From an uncultured bacterium (GTDB lineage: Bacteria; Chloroflexota; UBA5177; JANWHV01), in the NCBI GenBank assembly GCA_963729625.1, contig CAVSOU010000011.1, positions 320,001 to 384,000 of the forward strand: a stretch of DNA of 64,000 bases. The letters are read 5' to 3'. The notes beneath the pieces were generated by a model. That model was not told the DNA's origin. It saw only the letters and a program-made list of their open reading frames with translations, and did no database searches. The first letter of the stretch is position 1. Every line of letters starts with the position of its first letter. A program made the translations under genes and the position numbers. This document shows positions 47,958-56,901 of the stretch, piece by piece.

Positions 47958-48531
47958 GTGGCCTCCCCAAAAAAGGTTGAGCTCCGTGCCGCTGAGGCAC
48001 TGGGAAGCGCGGCTGTAGCCGAGTACGCGTGCGAATCCGCATAGCGCACGCACAAGGGCGGCGATCAGACGGCCTCAGTCACCGCATTAAGGCCCAACGC
48101 GAACGCCGGCGAACACCGATATACATCATACCGGCGGAGCCCCGCAGTTACCGCAAACTCGTGCTTCAAGACATGCGCGGACGTGGGGAGCCGACCCTGA
48201 GATAATCGAGATCCGAACGATTGGGCCAGAGACCGACAAACCAAGTATTGCAGCAATGCCGGTCGACTTATCGGCCGAATGGCCGACAGGAGCGTGCAAA
48301 CCGTACTGGTACGTCCCAGATGTGCCACCTATGCAGCTCCGTGGATGTCAGCCGCGTTGCGCGGGTGCCGGATGTGTGATGCTATCCTCAATCCAGGCGG
48401 CAACCTGCGGGGGGTGCGCTCCAAACGGGAAAGTACTCGACGCGGAGGCGTCGACTCTTGAAAGCTTCGGCGCCCCGACCGGCACGTCGAGTGCTTCGTG
48501 TCCGGGCCGCCGTGTGGGAAACCTGGGTGCA

Positions 48532-49767
48532 ATGCCGCGCTTTCGCTTGGCCGAATCCTACCGATTCTCGCGTAACGCCCACATCGTCCTTTGGTACACG
48601 CTCAGCAAAGGGTTGACACTGGCCATGTTCGGCCTGGTGTTCAATCTCTACCTGTACGCAATAGGTTTCGATAAGCAGTTCATCGGAATCGTCAATGCCA
48701 TGCCGGCGATCACGAGCCTCCTGTGCGCAGTGCCGGTTGGCCTGCTTGCCGATCGCATTGGTGCGCGCGCCCTATTGCTCATCACCGGCGTTCTGAACCC
48801 CCTGACGATGCTCGGCATGGCTCTGACTACGTCAGGAACATGGCTGATTCTGTTTGGGCTCGCGAACGGCGCCATCGCAACGCTGTACTGGGTGAGCAAC
48901 GTTCCATTCCTCGCCGGCAGCACGTCAGACGAGAACCGCGTCAGGCTCTTCTCGATTAATTCGTTCCTGCTTTGGGGAGCAGGCTCGCTCGGCTACGTGA
49001 TCGGCGGCCAGATTGTTTCACTGGCGGCGGCCGTGCTGCACGAGTCAGCGAGATCGGTCGAGCCGCTCCGCTGGGGGATGATGGCGGTGGTCGTCGTCAG
49101 CTTCATGGGAGCGGTGCCCCTGCCGTGGCTCCGAGCAACCAAGGGAAATGTGACGGCACATTCAAAGCGTCTGCCCTACGACCTTCGGCTCTACGCGCGG
49201 CTATTGGTACCCGACGTGCTGCTAACTTGTGGCGGCGGCGCGGTCGCGGGCTTCATAGGACTCTACCTTACCCTCCGGTTCGGCATGCGGCCGGCTGCCC
49301 TCGGCGGCTTCCTTACCGTCAGCGGGCTGGTCGGTGGAACGTTAGTGCTGCTGGCGCCGCGCTTCGCGGACCGGCTCGGCACGACCCGAGCTGCGGTTAT
49401 TCTGCAGGCCGCCGGAGTACCGGCCATCCTGTTGTTGACTCTCGCCCCGGTACAAATCGGCGCCATGGCCGGCGAGCTGCTCCGCAATGGGTTCCGGAGC
49501 ATGGGAGACCCGGTCTACAATGCCTTCATCATGTCCCAGGTCCCGGCAGAGCAGCGCGCCACAGTAAGCGGCCTGTACAGCGTCACCTGGAGTGTCGGCT
49601 TCAGCGTCGGTCCCGCCTTGAGCGGCATCATTCAGCAGCATGCGGGGTTCACGCCGGCGTTTCTCGCGGGCGCGGCGACGATGAGCGCCGGCGTCCTCCT
49701 GCTGCGAATGTTCTTTCTTGTGAAGTCTCGGCCTTTGCCGGCGACCGCCGTTCGGCTGGGGTTATGA
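48532..49767 (+). CDS. MFS transporter
   Basis: About 12 hydrophobic segments; MFS motif A in GLLADRIGAR and RFADRLG. Confidence 0.92.
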   Translation: MPRFRLAESYRFSRNAHIVLWYTLSKGLTLAMFGLVFNLYLYAIGFDKQFIGIVNAMPAITSLLCAVPVGLLADRIGARALLLITGVLNPLTMLGMALTTSGTWLILFGLANGAIATLYWVSNVPFLAGSTSDENRVRLFSINSFLLWGAGSLGYVIGGQIVSLAAAVLHESARSVEPLRWGMMAVVVVSFMGAVPLPWLRATKGNVTAHSKRLPYDLRLYARLLVPDVLLTCGGGAVAGFIGLYLTLRFGMRPAALGGFLTVSGLVGGTLVLLAPRFADRLGTTRAAVILQAAGVPAILLLTLAPVQIGAMAGELLRNGFRSMGDPVYNAFIMSQVPAEQRATVSGLYSVTWSVGFSVGPALSGIIQQHAGFTPAFLAGAATMSAGVLLLRMFFLVKSRPLPATAVRLGL

Positions 49768-50078
49768 CCTCTGCCAGAAGCCCGATGCGAACTTAACCAG
49801 TACTCTGCCGGATCGGCAGATATGAGGTCAAGCGGAATCTGGGCAACGGTCAGGGTTAGCCGGCGCGTAGTGATGCATGAAACTGCATTCTCGTGCATGT
49901 CTACGCGACAACGCCTGCCGCGTGTACCAACCTGAATCCGCTCCAATGTAGCCCGGCAAGCATCCTCCACTTTGAGACTTGGGCCGATGTCATACATGGG
50001 TTCGCTTGCTACTGCGGCAATCCCAGCGATATCACGACACTCGCATGCCTGTCAGCGGAGTCGAGCCTTCAACGCCCG

Positions 50079-53000
50079 TCAGGGCACGTTCGGGCACGAC
50101 CTTTGGTACGGCAGGTCGCCGAGGTACTGCTTCCATTCCTGGGTCGTCAAGTTGCGATTGGCGATCGCGCAGGCACGACTCGCCGGGGACGTGGACCCGA
50201 TAGACCACAGCCGGACAGGCGCGTCGAGAACTCCCCCAGTGCCAGAGGCCAGCAGCCGGCCGTCTGGACTGAAGGCAAGGCTCGTGACCTTGTCTCCGTG
50301 CCCGGCAAGGGCCGGGCCGAGCGGCTGCCTGGTCGCCACGTCCCACAGCTGGATCGTGCCATCGGAGTTGCCGGAGGCCAGAGTTTGGCCGTCGGGACTG
50401 AAGGCCACGCTGTACAGCGGGATAGTGCCATCGGTGAGGGGCGCACCGAGGGCTCGCCGGTGACCCACGTCCCAGAGCCAGAGTGCGCAGTCGGCGGAGG
50501 CCAGAATCCGGCCATCCGGGCTGAACGCCAGGCTGTTCACAGCGCCGGTATATCCCATGAGCGGCGGACCAAGTGGCCGCCGGGTTGGCACCTGCCACAG
50601 GCGAATAGTCCCGTCCTCGCCGCCGGAGGCCAGCGTCTTCCCGTCGGGACTGAAGGCCTCGCTCAGCACGGCGCCTGCGTGCCCGGCGAGCGGTGGGCCG
50701 AGGGGCTTCCGGTGCGCTACATCCCACAGGCGCACCGTGCCGTCGCCGCTGCCCGTGGCAAGCACCGTGCCGTCAGGGCTGTACGCGGCGCTGCTGGCGC
50801 TTTGCACGGCGAGGGTTGGGCCGAGCGGCCTGCCGGAACGCGCACTCCACAGGGCGTAGGAGGCGCTCCCGGTGGCCGGACCGGCGCTGGTGGCGGCCAG
50901 GGTCTTGCCGTCGTGGCTGAAGGCCACACGCAGCACGGAACCTGCCTGCCCGGCGAGCGGTGGGCCGAGTGGCTGGCCGCTCGCCACGCGCCACAGGCGG
51001 ATGGTGGCGTCATCGCCGCCCGACGCCAGGGTCGTGCCGTCCGGGCTGAAAGCCACGCTATTGACCTGACTGGTGTGCCCGGCAAGCACCCGGCTGAACG
51101 CGCCCGCACCCAGAGAGTCCCAGAGGCGCACCGAGCCGTCACTGCCGGCGGACACGAGCGACTGGCCGTCGGGGCTGAAGGCAAGGCCGTTCACCGCACC
51201 CGCATGGCCGGTGAGGGACGGACTGCGCTGTTGCCATGTCGCCGCGTCCCACAGCCGAATGGTGCCGTCCTGGCCACCGGCGGCGAGGATCGTACCGTCG
51301 GGACTGAAAGCCAGGTCAGGCACGGACTCCGAGGCCGCCGAGATCACCTGGCGGGAGAACTGCCGGGTGGCCATATCCCACAGCAGAATCGCGCCGGCTT
51401 CGCTGCCGGCGGCGAGCGTGCGGCCATTCGGGCTGAAGGCCAGACTTAACGCCGCGAAGCTGGGCCCGCCGCGCAGCGGCGGGAGGAGCACATGGTGCGC
51501 CAGGTTCCAGAGCGCGATCGTACCGCCTTCGCCGCAGGCGGCCAGGATCGTGCCGTCGGGGCTGAAGGCCACGTCATACACGTACCAGATACCCGACTGC
51601 GGAAGGGGGCCGAGCGGCCTGCGGCCCGCGACGTCCCAGAGTTGGATCGAGCCGGCGCTGTCGCCGGCGGCGAGGAACGTGCCGTCGGGGCTGAAGGCCA
51701 CGCTGGTTACGGCAACGCCCTGGTGCATCAGCGATGGCGCGAGGAGTCGGCGCTTGGCCACATCCCACAGCCGCACCGTGCCGTCGTTGCTCCCCGAGGC
51801 GAGGAGCCTGCCGTCGGGGCTGAAGGCCAGGCCGTTCACCGCCCCGGTATGGCCGGCGAGGGGCGGGCCGCTGGGCTGGCGGCTCGACGCATTCCACAGC
51901 CGAATCGTGCCGTCGGCGCTCCCTGCCGCCAGCAGTGTGCCTTTTGGGCTGAACGCCACGCTGCGCACCGGGCTGCCCTGAGCGGCGAGAAACGATAGCA
52001 GCCTGGGGTTGTAGTCGATGGCACGGAGCAAGTCGGCATGAGCCTCCGCCGAGCCGCTCAGCCGATCGGCTTCCAGGCTCAACAGCAGCGTGACCTGCAG
52101 GTCGCTGCCAAGCATCGTGCCGGCCCGCAGACCCAACTCGCGCGCCAGCTCGGCAACCGCCGCATCGCGGGCGGCCACTTCGCGTGTCCGTTCACTCGAG
52201 GCGACCGAAGCGTTGTAGCGTGCGAGCAAGGCCAGGCCGGCTGCGACTGCCAGGAGGAGGGCCAGCACCGCCGCCAGCAGACGCAGGCGCGTGGCGGCCA
52301 CGCGCGCCAGCGCCAGCCCGCGCGCCTGCCGATCCCGCTCCACGGCCGCCTGCTCAACCTCGGCGCGCTCGGCCGCGTGCAGAAAGGCCTGCTCCTCGGC
52401 GCTCGGCGTGTTCCGCGCCGACCAGTCCCGCGCCTCCGCCAGCACGGTGCCCCGATACAACTTGTCCGCTGGCCTGTCCCGCCGCGCCCAGGCCGCGGCA
52501 TCCGCGCTGATTGTCTGCTGCAGCCGCACGTCCTCGCGCGCTTCATGTAACCACTCGGCCAGGCGCCCCCACTCGCAGATGAGCGCCTCGTGACTGACCT
52601 CAAGCCGGCCCACCCCGCCCTGCTCGCTCGCCGTCAGCAGCCGTGCCGCCACGAAGGTGTCGGCGACCTCCCGCATCACGGCGGTCTCGTGCTCCCCGGG
52701 CAGAGCCAGCTCGCTCTTGGCTGCTCGCCGGCGGGTCGTGTCCTGCTCGGTGGCGCCCGGGTCGATCAGCCGCAGGAACAGGGCCCGCGCCAGGTGCCGG
52801 TGCTCGTCCGATGGCAACAGGGCGTAGGTTGCTTCGGCCTGCCGGCTCAGGGCGCCACGCACCCCACCCAACTCACGGTAGGCAGCCACGGTCAGGGCCG
52901 TTCCCTGCCGGCAGGCGACGAGCTGCTCGAGCGTGAACTGCAGCAGCGGCAGCGCTCCTGCCCGCCCTGCCACCTCGTAGAGCAGGTCGCCTACCAGACC

Positions 53001-54470
53001 GGGCTCGAACACGAGCTGCACGTCGGGCAGCGCCGCGGGCCGCTCGACGGCCTCGCGCAGCTCGGCCACGTTCATCGGTAGCACCGACTTGCTCCGTGCC
53101 TCCAGCGCCGCCCCAAGTGCTGAATACGCCATCGGCCGGTCGCAGAAGTCAGCGCGCATGGTGACAATGGCCAGCAGCGGGCCGCGCGGCTCGGCGACTG
53201 CCGTGAGCAGCAGGTCGATGAACTGCCGGCGCTCCTCGTCATCCGTGGTGAGGGTGAATAGCTCCTCGAGCTGGTCGACCACCAGCACCACTCGCTGTTC
53301 GACGCGAGGAGCCAACTTCTGTACCCACAGGTGCAAACCACGGGCATCGTCGGCGCCCAGGTCCTCGCGCAGGGCATGGATGCTCCGCTCATCCCTACCC
53401 GCCAGGGCCACGGCCAGGGCCTCGAGGGGCCGGGCACCGGGGAGCACCGGATCGAGGTAGACCCAGCGCTCGCTGCCGGGCAGGGCGCCTGCCTTCAGGC
53501 GGGATATGAGCCCGGCGCGCACCAGGCTGGACTTGCCCGAGCCGCTCGGCCCCACCACGGCAAGCAGGCGGGGTGTCGCCGCTTGCGTCGGGGCGAGGCT
53601 GGCCGCCACCGCCTCCAGCAGGGTCTGCACGAAGGCGCTCCGCCCGAAGAAGTCGCCCGCGTCCTCCTCGCCGAAGGCGCGCAGGCCCTTATAGGGGTTA
53701 CGCGGCGCTACGTGCGCGGCCGGTGCGGCAACGGCACTCTCTCCAGGCAAGGCAGCAGTGAGCGCGCCTATCGCGGCCACGAGGGCGACTACTGCCTCGG
53801 GGTAGCGGGCCCCGCGGGCGTCCACGTAGGGCACGCCGGCCAGCGCCGCCGGCGCGCAGTCGGCCCACTGCTCCCCGGCCGACCAAACGGGCACGACAGG
53901 GCGGCCGTACATCTCGGCCAGGCCGAGCTCCCTGCCGACCCAGCGCGAGGCGCGGGAAGCGGGCGAGGCCACCAGCAGCACCGCGTGGCACGCGCGCACG
54001 GCTGCCCGCAGCACTTCCGGCGGCCCTGCCCCGAACTGCGGATCACGGCGCTCGGCCCACGCGGCGATGCCGTGATCAGCGAGGTCGGCAAGCAGCCGCG
54101 CCGCGAAGTCGCCGTCCTCTACAGCATGCGACAGGACGGCGGGCGTGCCCGCCGCGCTGTTCGGCTGCCAGGTCAGCGATGGCCGGTCCTCGCAGGCGAG
54201 GCCGGGCCACGGTGCCGTCGCGCGAGCAGCACCTTCCTGCGAGGCACTCGCGGCCGCGACAAGACGGTCGCGGTCTGCAGGCGTCAGGCCCAGCGCATCG
54301 GTCAGACGGCGCGCCGTGTCGGGAAAGGGGTGGTGCGCGCCCTGCTCGAGTTTCTTGACCGCGCTCGTGCTCAGCCCCGCCCGCTCGGCCAACTCCTCCT
54401 GGGTCAGGTTGGCGTCCCGTCGATACGCGCGGAGGAGCGCTCCAAACGCCTGCGTCTCTGTGCCGGCCAT
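50079..54470 (-). CDS. NLR-like signalling protein: XRE-HTH + TIR + nSTAND1 NTPase + TM + 14 WD40 repeats (1463 aa)
   Basis: LTQEELAERAGLS...LEQG HTH; SH...D...RL..DL...G...W and SPAS..S.WV.RE TIR motifs; NPYKGL, GPSGSGKSS, LVVDQLEELFT, LPLLQFTL; hydrophobic helix; 14 AFSPDG-type repeats. Confidence 0.92.
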   Translation of the reverse strand: MAGTETQAFGALLRAYRRDANLTQEELAERAGLSTSAVKKLEQGAHHPFPDTARRLTDALGLTPADRDRLVAAASASQEGAARATAPWPGLACEDRPSLTWQPNSAAGTPAVLSHAVEDGDFAARLLADLADHGIAAWAERRDPQFGAGPPEVLRAAVRACHAVLLVASPASRASRWVGRELGLAEMYGRPVVPVWSAGEQWADCAPAALAGVPYVDARGARYPEAVVALVAAIGALTAALPGESAVAAPAAHVAPRNPYKGLRAFGEEDAGDFFGRSAFVQTLLEAVAASLAPTQAATPRLLAVVGPSGSGKSSLVRAGLISRLKAGALPGSERWVYLDPVLPGARPLEALAVALAGRDERSIHALREDLGADDARGLHLWVQKLAPRVEQRVVLVVDQLEELFTLTTDDEERRQFIDLLLTAVAEPRGPLLAIVTMRADFCDRPMAYSALGAALEARSKSVLPMNVAELREAVERPAALPDVQLVFEPGLVGDLLYEVAGRAGALPLLQFTLEQLVACRQGTALTVAAYRELGGVRGALSRQAEATYALLPSDEHRHLARALFLRLIDPGATEQDTTRRRAAKSELALPGEHETAVMREVADTFVAARLLTASEQGGVGRLEVSHEALICEWGRLAEWLHEAREDVRLQQTISADAAAWARRDRPADKLYRGTVLAEARDWSARNTPSAEEQAFLHAAERAEVEQAAVERDRQARGLALARVAATRLRLLAAVLALLLAVAAGLALLARYNASVASSERTREVAARDAAVAELARELGLRAGTMLGSDLQVTLLLSLEADRLSGSAEAHADLLRAIDYNPRLLSFLAAQGSPVRSVAFSPKGTLLAAGSADGTIRLWNASSRQPSGPPLAGHTGAVNGLAFSPDGRLLASGSNDGTVRLWDVAKRRLLAPSLMHQGVAVTSVAFSPDGTFLAAGDSAGSIQLWDVAGRRPLGPLPQSGIWYVYDVAFSPDGTILAACGEGGTIALWNLAHHVLLPPLRGGPSFAALSLAFSPNGRTLAAGSEAGAILLWDMATRQFSRQVISAASESVPDLAFSPDGTILAAGGQDGTIRLWDAATWQQRSPSLTGHAGAVNGLAFSPDGQSLVSAGSDGSVRLWDSLGAGAFSRVLAGHTSQVNSVAFSPDGTTLASGGDDATIRLWRVASGQPLGPPLAGQAGSVLRVAFSHDGKTLAATSAGPATGSASYALWSARSGRPLGPTLAVQSASSAAYSPDGTVLATGSGDGTVRLWDVAHRKPLGPPLAGHAGAVLSEAFSPDGKTLASGGEDGTIRLWQVPTRRPLGPPLMGYTGAVNSLAFSPDGRILASADCALWLWDVGHRRALGAPLTDGTIPLYSVAFSPDGQTLASGNSDGTIQLWDVATRQPLGPALAGHGDKVTSLAFSPDGRLLASGTGGVLDAPVRLWSIGSTSPASRACAIANRNLTTQEWKQYLGDLPYQRSCPNVP
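50150..51990 (-). repeat. Intragenic WD40 tandem repeats (~14 units of ~43 codons)
   Basis: Recurrent GCCGTCGGGGCTGAAGGC-like DNA motif encoding AFSPDG. Confidence 0.9.
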
Positions 54471-54536
54471 CCTGTGGCACCGCTGCGCATTCTGCGGCTT
54501 CGCGTTAGCACCGCTTGTCTTTCCGCTCCGCCCACG

Positions 54537-54602
54537 ATCATAGCACGGCCTTCGCCCTTACTGTGCTTCAACTTGACCCCAACTTTACCCCTACCGTACC
54601 CC
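54537..54602. promoter_or_regulatory. Divergent promoter region with 11-bp phased direct repeats and an extended -10 for the STAND gene
   Basis: Units GCCTTCGCCCT / TACTGTGCTTC / AACTTGACCCC / AACTTTACCCC / TACCGTACCCC (54548-54602); minus-strand TGCTATGAT at 54545-54537. Confidence 0.65.
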
Positions 54603-54820
54603 TCGTTTCCCTGGCGCGGGCAACCACAACGGCGCAAAGTGCTTGCGTGGATGTTGATGCGATGCATGCCTCGCGACCGACGGTTTCTCGGGCGTGGCCC
54701 AGGAGCATTGCCTGATGGGTAGCATAGGAGGAGTCGATGAAAGCCATGTCCTAGCCGGCCAAGCAGCGCAGTAGCCCGCCAAGCCAGACAGTATTCAGGT
54801 TGAGCCATAAGGACAAAGAG

Positions 54821-55510
54821 ATGAGCCACATGAGGAGACTGGAAGCGTTGCTGGTAGTTATGCTCGCCGTACTCGCCCTGGGACTGTCGCCTGCCGCCCG
54901 CGCGGGGAGCGCACAGATTCACGTCTTCCCGCCCCAGGCGCACCCCTACGGCTACATGTACAGCGAATGGGAAGTCCGGTTCGTGCAGTGGTGGACGGCC
55001 ATACCCAAATCTCAGGACCCCTTCATGGATCGTACCGGAGCGGACTGCGCCGTGGGCCAGTCCGGCCCGGTCTGGTACCTCGTCAACAATGAAGTCGGCG
55101 GCCATGTTGGCCGGACCTGCACGGTGCCCGCCGGCAAGGCGCTCTCCATCATGCCGGGAATTTGGGAGTGCTCGGCCGCTGAAGGAAACGGCAGCACCGA
55201 AGCGGCGCTGCGCAGCTGCGCCAAGGGCTACATGGACCAAGTCACCAAGGATACCGTGACGGTGGATGGGGTTCCGCTCACGAACCTGCTCACACGCTAC
55301 CGGTTCGAGACACCACTCTTCACCTTTCGGTATCCCGCACACAACGTGCTAGATGTCCCAGGGCCTGGGACCTCCAAGTCGGTGGCTGACGCCGTCTTCG
55401 TCATCCTCTCTCCGCTGGCAGCCGGACGGCATACAGTCGAGCTTCACGGTGTGGATCCGGCTCTGAAATGGGACGGAATAACGACATACCATCTGACGAT
55501 TGGCCGCTGA
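54821..55510 (+). CDS. Uncharacterised secreted Cys-containing protein
   Basis: Signal peptide MRRLEALLVVMLAVLALGLSPAARA; mature part ...QWW..IP...P..D.TG..C..GQSGPVWYL...RTCTVPAGK...PL..G.HT; four Cys. Confidence 0.85.
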   Translation: MSHMRRLEALLVVMLAVLALGLSPAARAGSAQIHVFPPQAHPYGYMYSEWEVRFVQWWTAIPKSQDPFMDRTGADCAVGQSGPVWYLVNNEVGGHVGRTCTVPAGKALSIMPGIWECSAAEGNGSTEAALRSCAKGYMDQVTKDTVTVDGVPLTNLLTRYRFETPLFTFRYPAHNVLDVPGPGTSKSVADAVFVILSPLAAGRHTVELHGVDPALKWDGITTYHLTIGR

Positions 55511-56055
55511 GCGGCGTGTTCCCGGCGCGCAGTTTACCGACCGCCTCAGGGCGTCGCCGCACCGTCTGCCGGTGCCTGGCCCTGAGGCTATCTGTGGCCA
55601 GGAGATGACCAGCGACCGATGCGACCGCCCCTGTGCGCTCTGTATCGGTCGACATGGCGCTTGTTGGCCACCTCGCAGTGGACAGGCGGGCGATGCTACT
55701 AGATATGCGCCCACGGCAGTTGCGGCGAGGCAACCATTCGCAGACAAACGCAGGACAAGGCCGTGGACCTCGTCCCGAGTAGCGCGGCAGCATAAATATG
55801 CGCGGACCTGGTTGGGGTTTCTCCCTACACCGCTTCTGGAACCGCTTTGAAAAAGCCGGCTACGGACGACGCCCGTGGCGCAAAGCCGTGCAAGAACTCA
55901 CGTCTCGCACGTTATCCTCCAGCATGCTAGGGTAGAGTCTGGTCTCGCCCTCCCCGGCCACGGGTATGGACTATCAACTCGCGGCGGGGCCGAGCCATCG
56001 TTCCCGCAGCAGGCAACGTGTGCGGGGAGGATGAAAACAGGCGATATCCTTGGCG

Positions 56056-56250
56056 ATGACCCGTGCCGAGCGGGGGCCTTTCTGGCAGCGCCACATGTCG
56101 ACGTGATCAGTATCGAGCAGAGAGACCGTGCTCCGCTCGCGGTGCCGGCGTGGTACGGCAACACCGCCGGTGATGCGCTACACGTGATCGCGTTGGAGGA
56201 CTCACGCAAGGCGCTGGCCCTGCGTGTCGCCGGCAGGTTCAGTCTCTGCT
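56056..56250 (+). pseudogene. Pyridoxamine 5'-phosphate oxidase-like (PPOX class) fragment
   Basis: MTRAER, then a frameshift to AFLAAPHV.VISI.....APLAVPAWY...SRKA..L..AGRFSLC, then loss of homology. Confidence 0.65.
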
Positions 56251-56456
56251 GCTGGCACCTCCCCAACACTTCTGAGTGCTTGGCGTTCTGGATGTCTAGA
56301 AATGCAGCGGCGAGCTGCCCAGTGTGTTCTCATCTCCTGCCGATTTCCGCCGAGCTATCGAGGCATCGAGGAGCTGAAGCGCATACGGCATACACGGTGA
56401 TGTCGCTGCACGAGGTCATGTCGAATGTGGTCGACGAGAGAGCAAGGAGAAGACTG

Positions 56457-56760
56457 ATGCAGTCCTACCGGTCGGCGCTGCCGCAACTCGGGGGCGATCT
56501 CTTTCTCACCGAGGTGGGACTTGAGACATCCCTCATATTCTATGACGGCATCGAACTGCCGTACTTCGCGACCTTCCCGCTCCTCGACACCGAAGACGCG
56601 AAGAGGAGGCTGCGAGAGTACTACCGGCCACTGCTGCGGCTGGCACGGGAAAACCATACGGGGTTCATCCTCGACACTCTGACCTGGCGCGCGAACCCTG
56701 ATTGGGGGGCGCAACTCGGCTACGACGGTGCTGCGCTCGCACGGGCCAACCGCCTGGCGA
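56457..56760 (+). pseudogene. Homocysteine S-methyltransferase family, N-terminal fragment
   Basis: YRSALPQL.G.LFLTEVGLETSLIF..G..LP.FA.F.LL...TWRANPDWG..LGY...L..AN. Homology stops after ~100 aa; the C-terminal Zn-binding GGCC region is absent. Confidence 0.8.
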
Positions 56761-56901
56761 CCACACGCCCCATCCGACTGCTGCAAGTGGCAGCCGGTCC
56801 GTGTAGGTATGCACCGGCCGCAACGTTACCGTTGCGTTGGTGCCCGTCGCTTTGCTGGAACCAGGCTGTCGCGCCGGCGCCCGGTTCCCATCACTCCGGC
56901 G

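Noticed and set aside
50150-51990. Regularly spaced GCCGTCGGGGCTGAAGGC-like repeats as a possible CRISPR array
   Set aside because: They are degenerate, in frame and encode WD40 AFSPDG motifs at ~130-nt spacing; there are no cas genes.
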